Assembly: GCA_002793915.1 (NCBI GenBank)
Contig: PFEF01000006.1
Span: 24,697-88,696 of the forward strand
DNA: 64,000 nucleotides
Source of the DNA: Candidatus Ryanbacteria bacterium CG10_big_fil_rev_8_21_14_0_10_43_42
GTDB taxonomy: Bacteria > Patescibacteriota > Minisyncoccia > Ryanbacterales > 2-02-FULL-48-12
Direction of reading: 5' to 3'
The position numbers and the translations under genes are program-made. Shown piece by piece: positions 46,665-55,292 of the stretch; position 1 is the stretch's first letter, and each line of letters opens with the position of its first letter. The notes below the pieces were generated by a model. The model did no database searches and had not been told where the DNA came from. It saw only the letters and a list, made by a program, of their open reading frames with translations.

Positions 46665-47106
46665 TCTTTCTGATCTTTTACAGCGTGTGGTGGAAGAGTG
46701 TTCTCAAGATATGGCAGACGCAAACCAACGGCATAAAGAGCGTCAGGATAAGAGAGTATGTTTTGTTTATACAAATTGGAGTGTTGATAGAGCAAATGGG
46801 ATAGAGGTGGTGATAGCGAGTGTGGGCATGATTATCAACGGAGTGCGATATGAGGGGATGGCAACTTCTTTTGATGCTGTTCGGCCGGTAAGAGATGTCT
46901 TAATTGAGTCCATTTTATTGGCTGCTTTTAAATCAGATATTATAGCGGGAGAGAATATTCCTTCATTTAAAAGCTGTTTTCAGTCGGGAGTTGTGACACT
47001 TTTTGTGGAGGATGATTCATTTTCTGTTGAAGTTTCCGATGAGCGCGATGACCTTGCTTCTATGGAGGTTGCACGACGATATATTGCTTCACGATTGCCA
47101 TCGTGA
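46654..47106 (+). CDS. hypothetical protein B (150 aa)
   Basis: SD gaagggaggcgagtagtcATG; translationally coupled to A. No family recognised. Confidence 0.55.
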   Translation: MENNLSDLLQRVVEECSQDMADANQRHKERQDKRVCFVYTNWSVDRANGIEVVIASVGMIINGVRYEGMATSFDAVRPVRDVLIESILLAAFKSDIIAGENIPSFKSCFQSGVVTLFVEDDSFSVEVSDERDDLASMEVARRYIASRLPS

Positions 47107-47158
47107 AGATTTATGGGGATGCTTACACGCACCCCCATTTTCTAAGGAGGAGTGCGAT

Positions 47159-47524
47159 ATGCTCGATATGGTATTTAAACTACGTCAAGAAAATGAGCGC
47201 GTATATATGGAAATTACGCTTAAGATGAACGACATTTCGGCAACGGAAATATACGAAGGTGATGATTCTTCGTGTCGGCTTGAGGAGAGAGCGGTGACGC
47301 TTATGTTGCAGGCGGCTCAAACGATCGGGATTATGCCACAAACTCAGTTTTCTGTTTCTGTAACGGGAGGGACGGAAGTTCGGAACGGTGTTTTGGTAAC
47401 GATACATGCTGAAAGGAAAATGACGGGATTCACGGATTGTGTTTATAGCACACCGTTCACAGCGGCGCAGGCAACAAAAGATATTCTTGAGCAATTACAG
47501 AATAACGAAGTTAAAGCGGCGTAG
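47159..47524 (+). CDS. hypothetical protein C (121 aa), possible distant paralog of B
   Basis: SD taaggaggagtgcgatATG. ORF-track start 47003 lacks an SD and overlaps B. Shares a ...TGG.EV.NG.L... beta-hairpin-like motif with B. 12-bp-stem terminator follows. Confidence 0.55.
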   Translation: MLDMVFKLRQENERVYMEITLKMNDISATEIYEGDDSSCRLEERAVTLMLQAAQTIGIMPQTQFSVSVTGGTEVRNGVLVTIHAERKMTGFTDCVYSTPFTAAQATKDILEQLQNNEVKAA

Positions 47525-47529
47525 ATGTA

Positions 47530-47569
47530 AACCCCAGAATTTCTATTGGAAATTTTGGGGTTCTTTTTT
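47530..47569 (+). terminator. rho-independent terminator after small ORFs A-B-C
   Basis: aaccccagaatttctattggaaattttggggttctttttt: 12-bp stem (one G-U) + U-run. Confidence 0.8.
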
Positions 47570-47638
47570 AAGAAGATTGATTTTTAGTTTACATGGCATT
47601 ATAGTGGAACGAAGATTACCTGATAAGGAGGAGAATGT

Positions 47639-47965
47639 ATGCAAGGAGTATTTGTTATGATTACATACATTCCGAAAAGGGCACTTGATGAAGCATTGTC
47701 GCGAGAGGGTGAAGACCCTCCTACGCAAGAAGAGGCTCTTTCGTTTTTACGGAAGGTTATGTCGTTTAGGGAAATCCCTTCGATTCTGAATAACCCTCCC
47801 TTAATCGGACGTCTTCTGGACACATTTTATGGGAGACATGCCCGTGCCGGTAATGCTTTTGAAAGGATGTCAATTGTCGAACGAGTGAGAGGTGAAAAAT
47901 TGGAGATTACAGGAAAGAGGGTTAGGGAAAAAAATAAGAAAAAAGAAATACAAAGACGCGTATAA
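47639..47965 (+). CDS. hypothetical protein D (108 aa), basic C-terminus
   Basis: SD taaggaggagaatgtATG; own terminator at 47964-47988. C-terminal RVRGEKLEITGKRVREKNKKKEIQRRV. Confidence 0.5.
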   Translation: MQGVFVMITYIPKRALDEALSREGEDPPTQEEALSFLRKVMSFREIPSILNNPPLIGRLLDTFYGRHARAGNAFERMSIVERVRGEKLEITGKRVREKNKKKEIQRRV

Positions 47966-47988
47966 GAGCATTACGCTCTTTTTTTTGT
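47964..47988 (+). terminator. rho-independent terminator after ORF D
   Basis: agagcattacgctct + tttttttt. Confidence 0.65.
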
Positions 47989-48040
47989 CTTCATTATACA
48001 TCCGCTTTCCACTTTTTACGCACTGATTTATACTGGGGAA

Positions 48041-49687
48041 ATGACCAGAAGTGAACTTCTTCAAAAATTAAAAGAAAAACGAAAGGAGATTGCCGAGCGT
48101 GAAGGCAAGGAGCTTTTTATGGTATTTCAAAATAAAGCTCTGGAAGAAACAGTAAAAGCAATGCCGCAAACACGGGAAGATTTAAAATTGGTAAAAGGAT
48201 GGGGAAAGGTAAAAATATCACGGTATGGAGACGAAATTCTTTCTATTTTCAAGCAGGGAAACGGGAAACATGAGGATACTTATGCAACAGGCGGATTATT
48301 TAATAATCCAATACCTGCCGCCGAATCTCCCTCGGGCGGAGAAGGCAAGCAGTCTCATGATAACGCCGTATTATCGGTTTCGGAATTTATCGAAGTTGTT
48401 AATATTACGCTTTCACGATTAGGTTTGGTGCGTGTGCAGGGAGAAATAAGCGAGATGCAGATGCGGGGAGCGGCGGTATATTTTACGTTAAAAGATACAT
48501 CGGGTGAGGATGCGATAGTAAAATGTTTACTTTGGAAATGGCAATTTGAACAGCAGTATGATTATTTGGAGGATGGTTTGGAAATTATTATAGAGGGAGT
48601 GCCGGATGTATTTGTAAAATATGGAACATTTAGCGTAAAGGTAAGTCGCGTAGAGCCGGTAGGGGAAGGTGCTCTTAGAAAAGCATTCGAAGCGCTTAAG
48701 AAAAAATTTGAAATGGCCGGATATTTTGATGAAGCGCGCAAGCGTCCGCTTCCGCGCATTATACAACGTATAGGAGTTGTTACTTCCGCTTCCGGAGAAG
48801 CAATTAATGATTTTAGGCGCAATATCGGAGACTATGGTTTGGAAATATGTATGGTAGATGTGCGCGTGGAAGGAGTATACGCCGAGGATTCCATCGTGAA
48901 AGGAATACAATGGTTAAATACTCATCATGCCGATTTGGACGTACTTGTTCTTATACGCGGAGGCGGTGGTCTTGAAAATTTGAAGGCATTTAATTCAGAG
49001 CGAGTTGCTGAAGCCGTTCTTGGTTCGCGTTTGCCGGTAATAACGGGTATTGGGCATGAGCGCGATGATACCATTGCGGGTTTTATAGCGGACATCAATT
49101 GCTCTACGCCAACAGCGGTTGCGGTGTATATTCGGCACATACGGGAAGATCTCATAGGGGAGGTAAATGAAAAAGTGGAACGGCTGATTCGTTTATTTGA
49201 TGTTATATACGAAACAGCACTGCGTTCATTGCATGAGCGGAAGACGGGACTTATTATTTCGTATACCCACATTCTTTCGCGGTATCGGCATGACATCGCA
49301 TCACATACGCGTGCCCTACAGACGGGGCTGTTTCAGATATTTAGCGGATTTCGTCTTTTAACGGAACAGTTTCGTTCATCATTTCACCGTTATGAATCTA
49401 TTTTACGGGAATATTATCGAACGGTAGAAATAAACGCCGTAAAAGGGGTTCGTATTCTTGAACGGAGTATGCAGGAATACGAAAAACGTATTTCTGTTAC
49501 CGAAACCGCGCTTGCTTCTCTGGATCCGGCGGCGCCTTTAAAGCGCGGATATAGTATTACATACGGATCTGACGGCCGCGTGCTCAAGAATGCAAAGAAT
49601 GTTACCATAGGGGAGAGAATCAGCGTACATTTGTACGAAGGGAATATTGGTGCGCGGATAGAAGAAAATATTCAGCCGGAAAAATAA
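48041..49687 (+). CDS. xseA: exodeoxyribonuclease VII large subunit with N-terminal HRDC-like domain
   Basis: Residues ~1-75 (LLQKLKEKRKEIAEREGKELFMVFQNKALEETVKAMPQTREDLKLVKGWGKVKISRYGDEILSIF) fit the HRDC pattern. OB fold and XseA catalytic core follow (VRVQGEIS..., IGVVTSASGEA, ITGIGHERD). Confidence 0.85.
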   Translation: MTRSELLQKLKEKRKEIAEREGKELFMVFQNKALEETVKAMPQTREDLKLVKGWGKVKISRYGDEILSIFKQGNGKHEDTYATGGLFNNPIPAAESPSGGEGKQSHDNAVLSVSEFIEVVNITLSRLGLVRVQGEISEMQMRGAAVYFTLKDTSGEDAIVKCLLWKWQFEQQYDYLEDGLEIIIEGVPDVFVKYGTFSVKVSRVEPVGEGALRKAFEALKKKFEMAGYFDEARKRPLPRIIQRIGVVTSASGEAINDFRRNIGDYGLEICMVDVRVEGVYAEDSIVKGIQWLNTHHADLDVLVLIRGGGGLENLKAFNSERVAEAVLGSRLPVITGIGHERDDTIAGFIADINCSTPTAVAVYIRHIREDLIGEVNEKVERLIRLFDVIYETALRSLHERKTGLIISYTHILSRYRHDIASHTRALQTGLFQIFSGFRLLTEQFRSSFHRYESILREYYRTVEINAVKGVRILERSMQEYEKRISVTETALASLDPAAPLKRGYSITYGSDGRVLKNAKNVTIGERISVHLYEGNIGARIEENIQPEK

Positions 49688-49719
49688 ATATATAATCATT
49701 AAAACTCAATATTTGGTGT

Positions 49720-49938
49720 ATGAAAGACAAACAAAAATTGGAACATTCATTAAAACAGCTTGAAGTTATCGTAGAAGAGCTGAATGGAAAAGATGTGGAT
49801 GTAGAAACGGGACTTGCTAAATTTAAGGAGGGCGTGGATCTTATCACGTTTTGCCGGCATGAACTTAAAGCGGCGGAAAATGAATTTAAAAAACTCCGCA
49901 TGGAATTGGATCAAGAGGAAGATAAAGAAGAGCAGTAA
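49720..49938 (+). CDS. xseB: exodeoxyribonuclease VII small subunit
   Basis: LEHSLKQLEVIVEELNGKDVDVETGLAKFKEG, classic XseB helical hairpin. 72 aa. Confidence 0.85.
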   Translation: MKDKQKLEHSLKQLEVIVEELNGKDVDVETGLAKFKEGVDLITFCRHELKAAENEFKKLRMELDQEEDKEEQ

Positions 49939-49950
49939 GAATATAATACA

Positions 49951-50937
49951 ATGGCGGTCTTTTATCTTTTTATATTTATTCTATCAAGCGTAGTGCTCGC
50001 TGTTGCCGGTAATTGGCTTGTTCGTTCTCTTTCGCGTATCGCTCATTATTTTAAATGGCAGGAGTTTATTGCGGCATTTTTTATCATGTCATTTGCCGTT
50101 TCGGTGCCGGAATTGTTTATAGGGGTATCGGCGGCGCTTACGGGCATACCGGAACTTTCTTTCGGAAATATTATTGGTGCTAATATTATTCATTTTACAC
50201 TTGCGATCTCTCTTGCCGCTCTTGTGCTTGGAAAGCTTGAATTTGAAAAAGAGAATATGAGGGTGAGTGTTGATTTTACCATTATTTTTGCACTATTTCC
50301 CTTTCTTCTCATGCTGGATAATAATCTTTCTCGTGGCGACGGTGTTATTCTTATAGCATCTTTTTTCATCTATTCCATTTGGGTGTTTTCCAAAAAAGAA
50401 CGATTCAGTGAATTCTACATGAGCCGCAAGAGGAAAGATGCCGTTCATTACGGATATACGGGGTCTCCAATAAAACAGTTTCGGCAATTTATAAATGATG
50501 GAGGAATGTTTATTGTGGGGATTGTGCTCTTGCTTGCCAGTGCGCAGGGTATTGTCAGTTCGGCTTCGTTTTTTGCCGGTATGTTTCATTTGCCTCTTGT
50601 TGTTGTTGGTGTGTTTATTGTGGGCCTTGGCACAGCCCTTCCGGAAACATATTTTGCGGTTGCATCCGCGCGGAGAGGAAACGGCTGGATGGTAGTGGGA
50701 AACTTGCTTGGTTCTACGGTATTCACCGCCAGTTTTGTTTTAGGGGTCGTTGCACTTATTCATCCCATTGTCATTACAAATTTTTCGCCTTACATAATAG
50801 CGCGTATATTTTTAATTATGTCTGCTATTGCATTTCTTCACTTTTCACGAACAGGCCGCGTTATTACCTCTCGAGAAGCATTATTTCTTCTCATGCTTTA
50901 TGTTTTGTTTGTGATAACGCAATTGGTAGTTGGATGA
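49951..50937 (+). CDS. Na+/Ca2+ exchanger (CaCA family, YrbG-like)
   Basis: Two alpha-repeats (GNIIGANIIHFTLAISLAAL and GNLLGSTVFTASFVLGVVAL). 10 TM. Confidence 0.85.
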   Translation: MAVFYLFIFILSSVVLAVAGNWLVRSLSRIAHYFKWQEFIAAFFIMSFAVSVPELFIGVSAALTGIPELSFGNIIGANIIHFTLAISLAALVLGKLEFEKENMRVSVDFTIIFALFPFLLMLDNNLSRGDGVILIASFFIYSIWVFSKKERFSEFYMSRKRKDAVHYGYTGSPIKQFRQFINDGGMFIVGIVLLLASAQGIVSSASFFAGMFHLPLVVVGVFIVGLGTALPETYFAVASARRGNGWMVVGNLLGSTVFTASFVLGVVALIHPIVITNFSPYIIARIFLIMSAIAFLHFSRTGRVITSREALFLLMLYVLFVITQLVVG

Positions 50938-51049
50938 GTTTGTCCCCATGTTTTTCTGTCGTTTGGCATATGTTTAATTGTATGTATGCGGTAAAATGAA
51001 AGTGAGGTATATGATGCTGATGTTGTAATAAATCCACAACGGGGGTTTT

Positions 51050-51304
51050 ATGGATTTGGAAGAACCTAGTGGTAGTGATGAGTTCAGGCCCTTTACATGG
51101 GAATACCCATCCGCATATTGGGATGCTCCGGACTTACGGAAACGTCTTCGGTCGTGTCAACTTTTGAACGATGAGAAGAAGCCATTTAATTCTCGAGGGC
51201 TTTTCGTAAGGCGCCCATGGTGGCGTAAGAAATATTATCTTATGGTAAGATTGATTAAAGTTTTACCAAACTATATCATAGTAATAGTGGGAGTTTGTTT
51301 GTAA
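51050..51304 (+). CDS. hypothetical small protein with C-terminal TM
   Basis: 84 aa; terminator hairpin at 51321-51346. Weak SD. Confidence 0.4.
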   Translation: MDLEEPSGSDEFRPFTWEYPSAYWDAPDLRKRLRSCQLLNDEKKPFNSRGLFVRRPWWRKKYYLMVRLIKVLPNYIIVIVGVCL

Positions 51305-51320
51305 GCAATATGCGATTATA

Positions 51321-51346
51321 AAGAGGAAATAGATCCTCTTTTTTCT
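51321..51346 (+). terminator. rho-independent terminator
   Basis: aagaggaaatagatcctctt + tttttc. Confidence 0.6.
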
Positions 51347-51364
51347 TTGAGAAAGACTGGCATA

Positions 51365-51393
51365 TTGACAAATTTATATTATTAATGTACAAT
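51365..51393 (+). promoter_or_regulatory. sigma70-like promoter TTGACA-17-TACAAT
   Basis: Perfect -35, near-perfect -10. SD and ATG (51427) follow at a suitable distance. Confidence 0.6.
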
Positions 51394-51426
51394 CCCCCTA
51401 AATTTAGGCCATTTACGGGAGGTAAT

Positions 51427-51756
51427 ATGGAAGAAGAATACGAATATGCAACCGCATTAAATGAAGATGGTTTTTACCCCGTATATGCACTATACAGGGT
51501 AAAAGGTGAATACAGACTTTTATGGGCCATTCTTGCGGAAGCCATTGCATGCTTGTTCGATAAAAATCATCCTGATGCCTCTTCGGAGGCAAGGGAGTGG
51601 ATAAATAGTGAAGAAGATTTGTGGTTGGGTAGTTTTAATAATATTTGTGAAATTTTCGGTATCAATCAGTCGTATTTAAGGAAAAACCTTTTGCAGGGGC
51701 AGGAGGATGCAGTGGTGTCTTATATTAGCTCAAGAAAGAAGCTTTTTACCACTTAA
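51427..51756 (+). CDS. hypothetical protein (109 aa)
   Basis: Perfect TTGACA-17-TACAAT promoter at 51365-51393 lies inside the ORF-track start (51385), so start is at ATG 51427 with SD acgggaggtaatATG. Strong terminator at 51773-51808. Confidence 0.5.
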   Translation: MEEEYEYATALNEDGFYPVYALYRVKGEYRLLWAILAEAIACLFDKNHPDASSEAREWINSEEDLWLGSFNNICEIFGINQSYLRKNLLQGQEDAVVSYISSRKKLFTT

Positions 51757-51772
51757 GACGGGGGAGTTGACG

Positions 51773-51808
51773 TACCTGCTTTTTTCGAGAAAAAAGCAGG
51801 TTTTTCTT
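51773..51808 (+). terminator. rho-independent terminator
   Basis: cctgcttttttcgagaaaaaagcagg + tttttc. Confidence 0.7.
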
Positions 51809-51830
51809 TGAAAGTGGAATTAAGAAGTTA

Positions 51831-51903
51831 TGTGGATAACATCTTCTTGACTTTATTATAAAAATCTGGTAACCTCTATATACAAGTTCGAAGGTGTGGA
51901 TAA
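51831..51903. promoter_or_regulatory. pair of perfect DnaA boxes (TGTGGATAA = complement of TTATCCACA) flanking an AT-rich tract
   Basis: Identical 9-mers at 51831-51839 and 51895-51903 in the same orientation. A third 7/9 match (ttattcact) lies at 51945-51953. Located in the 370-nt spacer upstream of rpoB. Confidence 0.4.
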
Positions 51904-52127
51904 CTCGTTTTTAATACTATTGCCACCTCGAAAAAACCACGGTATTATTCACTTGCAAGCTTAAGCTACGTGGGAATCTCTTCAATAAAAAATTGAAACG
52001 ACCAAGAACTCTGTCCATGAAGGGAGATAGGGTTTTTTGTCGCTTTTCTCTGTTTTATATTGACCTACAACTACTTTCATGTATGCCTATGAAAGAGGTG
52101 TAGTTTGCCCCACAGCATATAATTCAT

Positions 52128-55100
52128 ATGGAGAAGAAATTTTTTTCACGGTACAAAGAGCCTCTTATGCCGCTCCCTGAACTTGTGGAAGCGCAGGTAA
52201 CTTCTTTTAATTGGTTACTTACAGCAGGGCTTACAGGAGTATTTGAGGATTTTTTCCCGGTAGAGGATTATGCCGGGAATCTTAAGCTTGATTTTGTCGA
52301 TTTTGCGATAGAAGACATGAAGCATGACGAATATTATGCCCGTGAGCATAATCTTTCGTATGAAGCACCGCTTCGATTGCGCGTAAGTCTTACAAATAAA
52401 AAAACAGGAGAAGTAAAGGAACAAGAGGTATTCTTGGGAGATTTTCCGCTTATGACAAAGCGGGGAACATTTGTTATTAACGGTGTTGAGCGTGTTATTG
52501 TTTCTCAACTTGCCCGTTCTTTCGGTGTGTATTTTACGGAGTACTTTCTTCGCGGTAAAAAATATTTTGGAGCGAAAATTGTTCCGTCTCGCGGAGCATG
52601 GCTTGAGTTTGAAACCGATGCAGACGGAGCGCTTTATGTAAAAATTGACCGTAAGCGCCGTATTGCGGCAACAGCCCTTTTGCGTATTTTGGGCGTTGAG
52701 AAGAATGATGCCATAAAGAAAGCATTTGCAAAGGTGGATACGGGTGAAATCTCGTATATAGATCGTACGCTTGAGAAGGATACTACTACAAGCGCTGATG
52801 AAGCTTATGTTGAGCTTTATAAGCGTATTCGTCCGGGAGATTTGGCAACGGTGGATAATGCTCGTGAATTGCTGGAAAACATGTTTGGTTCCGATAGATA
52901 CGACCTCTCACATGTAGGGCGGCATAAGTTTAATCAGCGATTGCAGATAGAAAAGAAAGATAAGGATGCAAAACGTACCCTTGACGGTGAGGATATTATC
53001 GGTGTTCTTTCTGAAATTATCCGACTGGATCAAAATCCGCATCTTTCGGCTGATGATATCGATCACCTGGGAAATCGTCGGGTGCGCGGTGTAGGAGAGA
53101 TGTTGCAGAATCGGTTGCGTATCGGGCTTGCGCGCATGGAGCGTATTATCAAAGACAGAATGTCCACTCTCGATGTGGCTACCATTACGCCAATGCAGCT
53201 TATCAATGCGCGTCCTTTTATGGCGGCAGTGAAAGAGTTTTTTACGACAAACCAGTTGTCACAGTTTATGGATCAGACGAATATTTTAGCGGAGTTGGAG
53301 CATAAACGTCGTGTTTCCGCATTGGGCCCGGGAGGACTTACTCGTGAGCGAGCCGGATTTGAAGTACGCGATGTGCACCCGTCGCACTATGGACGTATTT
53401 GCCCCATTCAAACGCCGGAAGGACCGAATATCGGACTTGTTGGTCATTTGGCAAGTTATGCGCGCATCAATGATTTTGGTATTATCGAAACGCCGTATCA
53501 GAAGGTAAAGAAAGGCGTTATAACGCATGAAATTCAGTATATGACGGCATTTGAAGAAGCGCGGTACAATATTGCTCATGCGGGAACGCCTTTTGAGAAG
53601 AATGGCGCCATTACTTCAGAGATAGTAGAGGCACGCGTACAGGGACAGCCGGGTGTTATTGATCGTGAGAGCGTGGATTATATTGACGTTTCTCCGCAAC
53701 AGGCTATCAGTATTGCAACCAGTCTTATTCCATTTCTGGAGCATGATGATGCAAACCGTGCTTTGATGGGTTCAAATATGCAGCGTCAAGCGGTACCGAA
53801 TGTGTTTCCACAGGCACCCATAGTGGGAACCGGTGTGGAAGAACGTGTAGCGCGCGACTCCGGACAGGTGGTAATTGCGGAAGAGGCGGGAACCGTTATG
53901 GCAGTAGACGCAAAACGTATTGTCATTAAAGAAGCAAAACGCGAAAAAGAATACAATCTTATTAATTTTCTTCGCTCAAATAATGCAACAACATTGCATC
54001 ATCGTCCCATTGTACACATGGGAGATGCTATCGCGAAAGGGCAGATTATTGCAGATAATATGTCCACCGAAAATGGGGAATTGGCTTTGGGACAGAATAT
54101 CCTGGTGTCATTTCTCTCATGGGGCGGATCAAATTATGAGGATGCTATTATTATTTCCGAACGACTTGTACAAAGAGACGTATTCAGCTCGGTACATATT
54201 GAAGATTTTACGGTAAATGTGCGCGACACTAAATTAGGACCGGAGGTAACAACGCATGATATTCCAAATGTGGGAGAGGAGAAGTTAAAAGATCTTGATG
54301 AAGACGGTATTGTGCGTATTGGTGCGGAAGTTCGGCCGGGGGACATTTTGGTGGGAAAAATTTCACCGAAGGGAGAATCGGATTTGACGCCGGAAGAACG
54401 CTTGCTTCGCGCTATTTTTGGTGAAAAAGCACGTGACGTAAAAGATACGTCGCTCCGTATGTCTAATGGAAAGCGGGGGCGTATTGTCGGCGTTAAGGTA
54501 TTTTCACGCGAACAGGGAGATCGTTTGGAGTCAGGTGTTATTAAAAGCGTTCGCATAGAAGTGGCACAGCTTCGCAAGGTATCGGTAGGAGATAAACTCG
54601 CGGGACGTCACGGAAACAAAGGAGTTATTTCTAAAATTTTAGCGGTAGAAGACATGCCTCACTTGGCTGATGGTACGCCGGTGGATATTATCTTAAATCC
54701 GCTGGGAGTGGCGTCTCGTATGAATATCGGGCAGATTTTAGAGACTCATTTGGGGTGGGCGGCTCATAAGCTGGGATACCATGCGCGTACGCCGGCATTG
54801 CTGGGAACACTTGATGAGGAAATTCACGAAGAGCTTGAACGCGCCGGTTTGCCGCGCGACGGAAAGGTGGATATATATGACGGACGTACGGGTGAAAAGA
54901 TTGATCAGAAAGTGACTGTCGGCATGGTATATATGCTCAAGCTTATTCATATGGTGGAAGATAAAATTCACATGCGTTCCATTGGTCCGTATTCTCTTAT
55001 TACGCAACAGCCGCTTGGTGGCAAGGCGCAGGGAGGCGGTCAGCGGTTTGGGGAAATGGAGGTATGGGCATTGGAAGGATATGGTGCGGCACATACATTA

Positions 55101-55274
55101 CAGGAAATGCTCACGATTAAGTCCGATGATGTTACCGGACGTGTTTCCACCTATGACGCCATTGTACGAGGCGAGTCGTATAAGACGCCAAATATTCCGG
55201 CGTCCTTCCATGTATTGGTAAATGAACTCAAAGGTCTTGCATTAGATGTCGATCTTGTTTCCGACGATAAATAA
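52128..55274 (+). CDS. rpoB: DNA-directed RNA polymerase subunit beta
   Basis: 1048 aa, with the conserved RpoB N-terminus (LPELVEAQVTSFNWLL) through C-terminal motifs (GQRFGEMEVWALE...). Confidence 0.97.
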   Translation: MEKKFFSRYKEPLMPLPELVEAQVTSFNWLLTAGLTGVFEDFFPVEDYAGNLKLDFVDFAIEDMKHDEYYAREHNLSYEAPLRLRVSLTNKKTGEVKEQEVFLGDFPLMTKRGTFVINGVERVIVSQLARSFGVYFTEYFLRGKKYFGAKIVPSRGAWLEFETDADGALYVKIDRKRRIAATALLRILGVEKNDAIKKAFAKVDTGEISYIDRTLEKDTTTSADEAYVELYKRIRPGDLATVDNARELLENMFGSDRYDLSHVGRHKFNQRLQIEKKDKDAKRTLDGEDIIGVLSEIIRLDQNPHLSADDIDHLGNRRVRGVGEMLQNRLRIGLARMERIIKDRMSTLDVATITPMQLINARPFMAAVKEFFTTNQLSQFMDQTNILAELEHKRRVSALGPGGLTRERAGFEVRDVHPSHYGRICPIQTPEGPNIGLVGHLASYARINDFGIIETPYQKVKKGVITHEIQYMTAFEEARYNIAHAGTPFEKNGAITSEIVEARVQGQPGVIDRESVDYIDVSPQQAISIATSLIPFLEHDDANRALMGSNMQRQAVPNVFPQAPIVGTGVEERVARDSGQVVIAEEAGTVMAVDAKRIVIKEAKREKEYNLINFLRSNNATTLHHRPIVHMGDAIAKGQIIADNMSTENGELALGQNILVSFLSWGGSNYEDAIIISERLVQRDVFSSVHIEDFTVNVRDTKLGPEVTTHDIPNVGEEKLKDLDEDGIVRIGAEVRPGDILVGKISPKGESDLTPEERLLRAIFGEKARDVKDTSLRMSNGKRGRIVGVKVFSREQGDRLESGVIKSVRIEVAQLRKVSVGDKLAGRHGNKGVISKILAVEDMPHLADGTPVDIILNPLGVASRMNIGQILETHLGWAAHKLGYHARTPALLGTLDEEIHEELERAGLPRDGKVDIYDGRTGEKIDQKVTVGMVYMLKLIHMVEDKIHMRSIGPYSLITQQPLGGKAQGGGQRFGEMEVWALEGYGAAHTLQEMLTIKSDDVTGRVSTYDAIVRGESYKTPNIPASFHVLVNELKGLALDVDLVSDDK

Positions 55275-55292
55275 TAAGAGAACATAATTATT

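Noticed and set aside
51757-52127. Calling the rpoB-upstream spacer an origin of replication
   Set aside because: Only two perfect and one degenerate DnaA box, and no dnaA/dnaN nearby. Reported as a DnaA-box pair instead.
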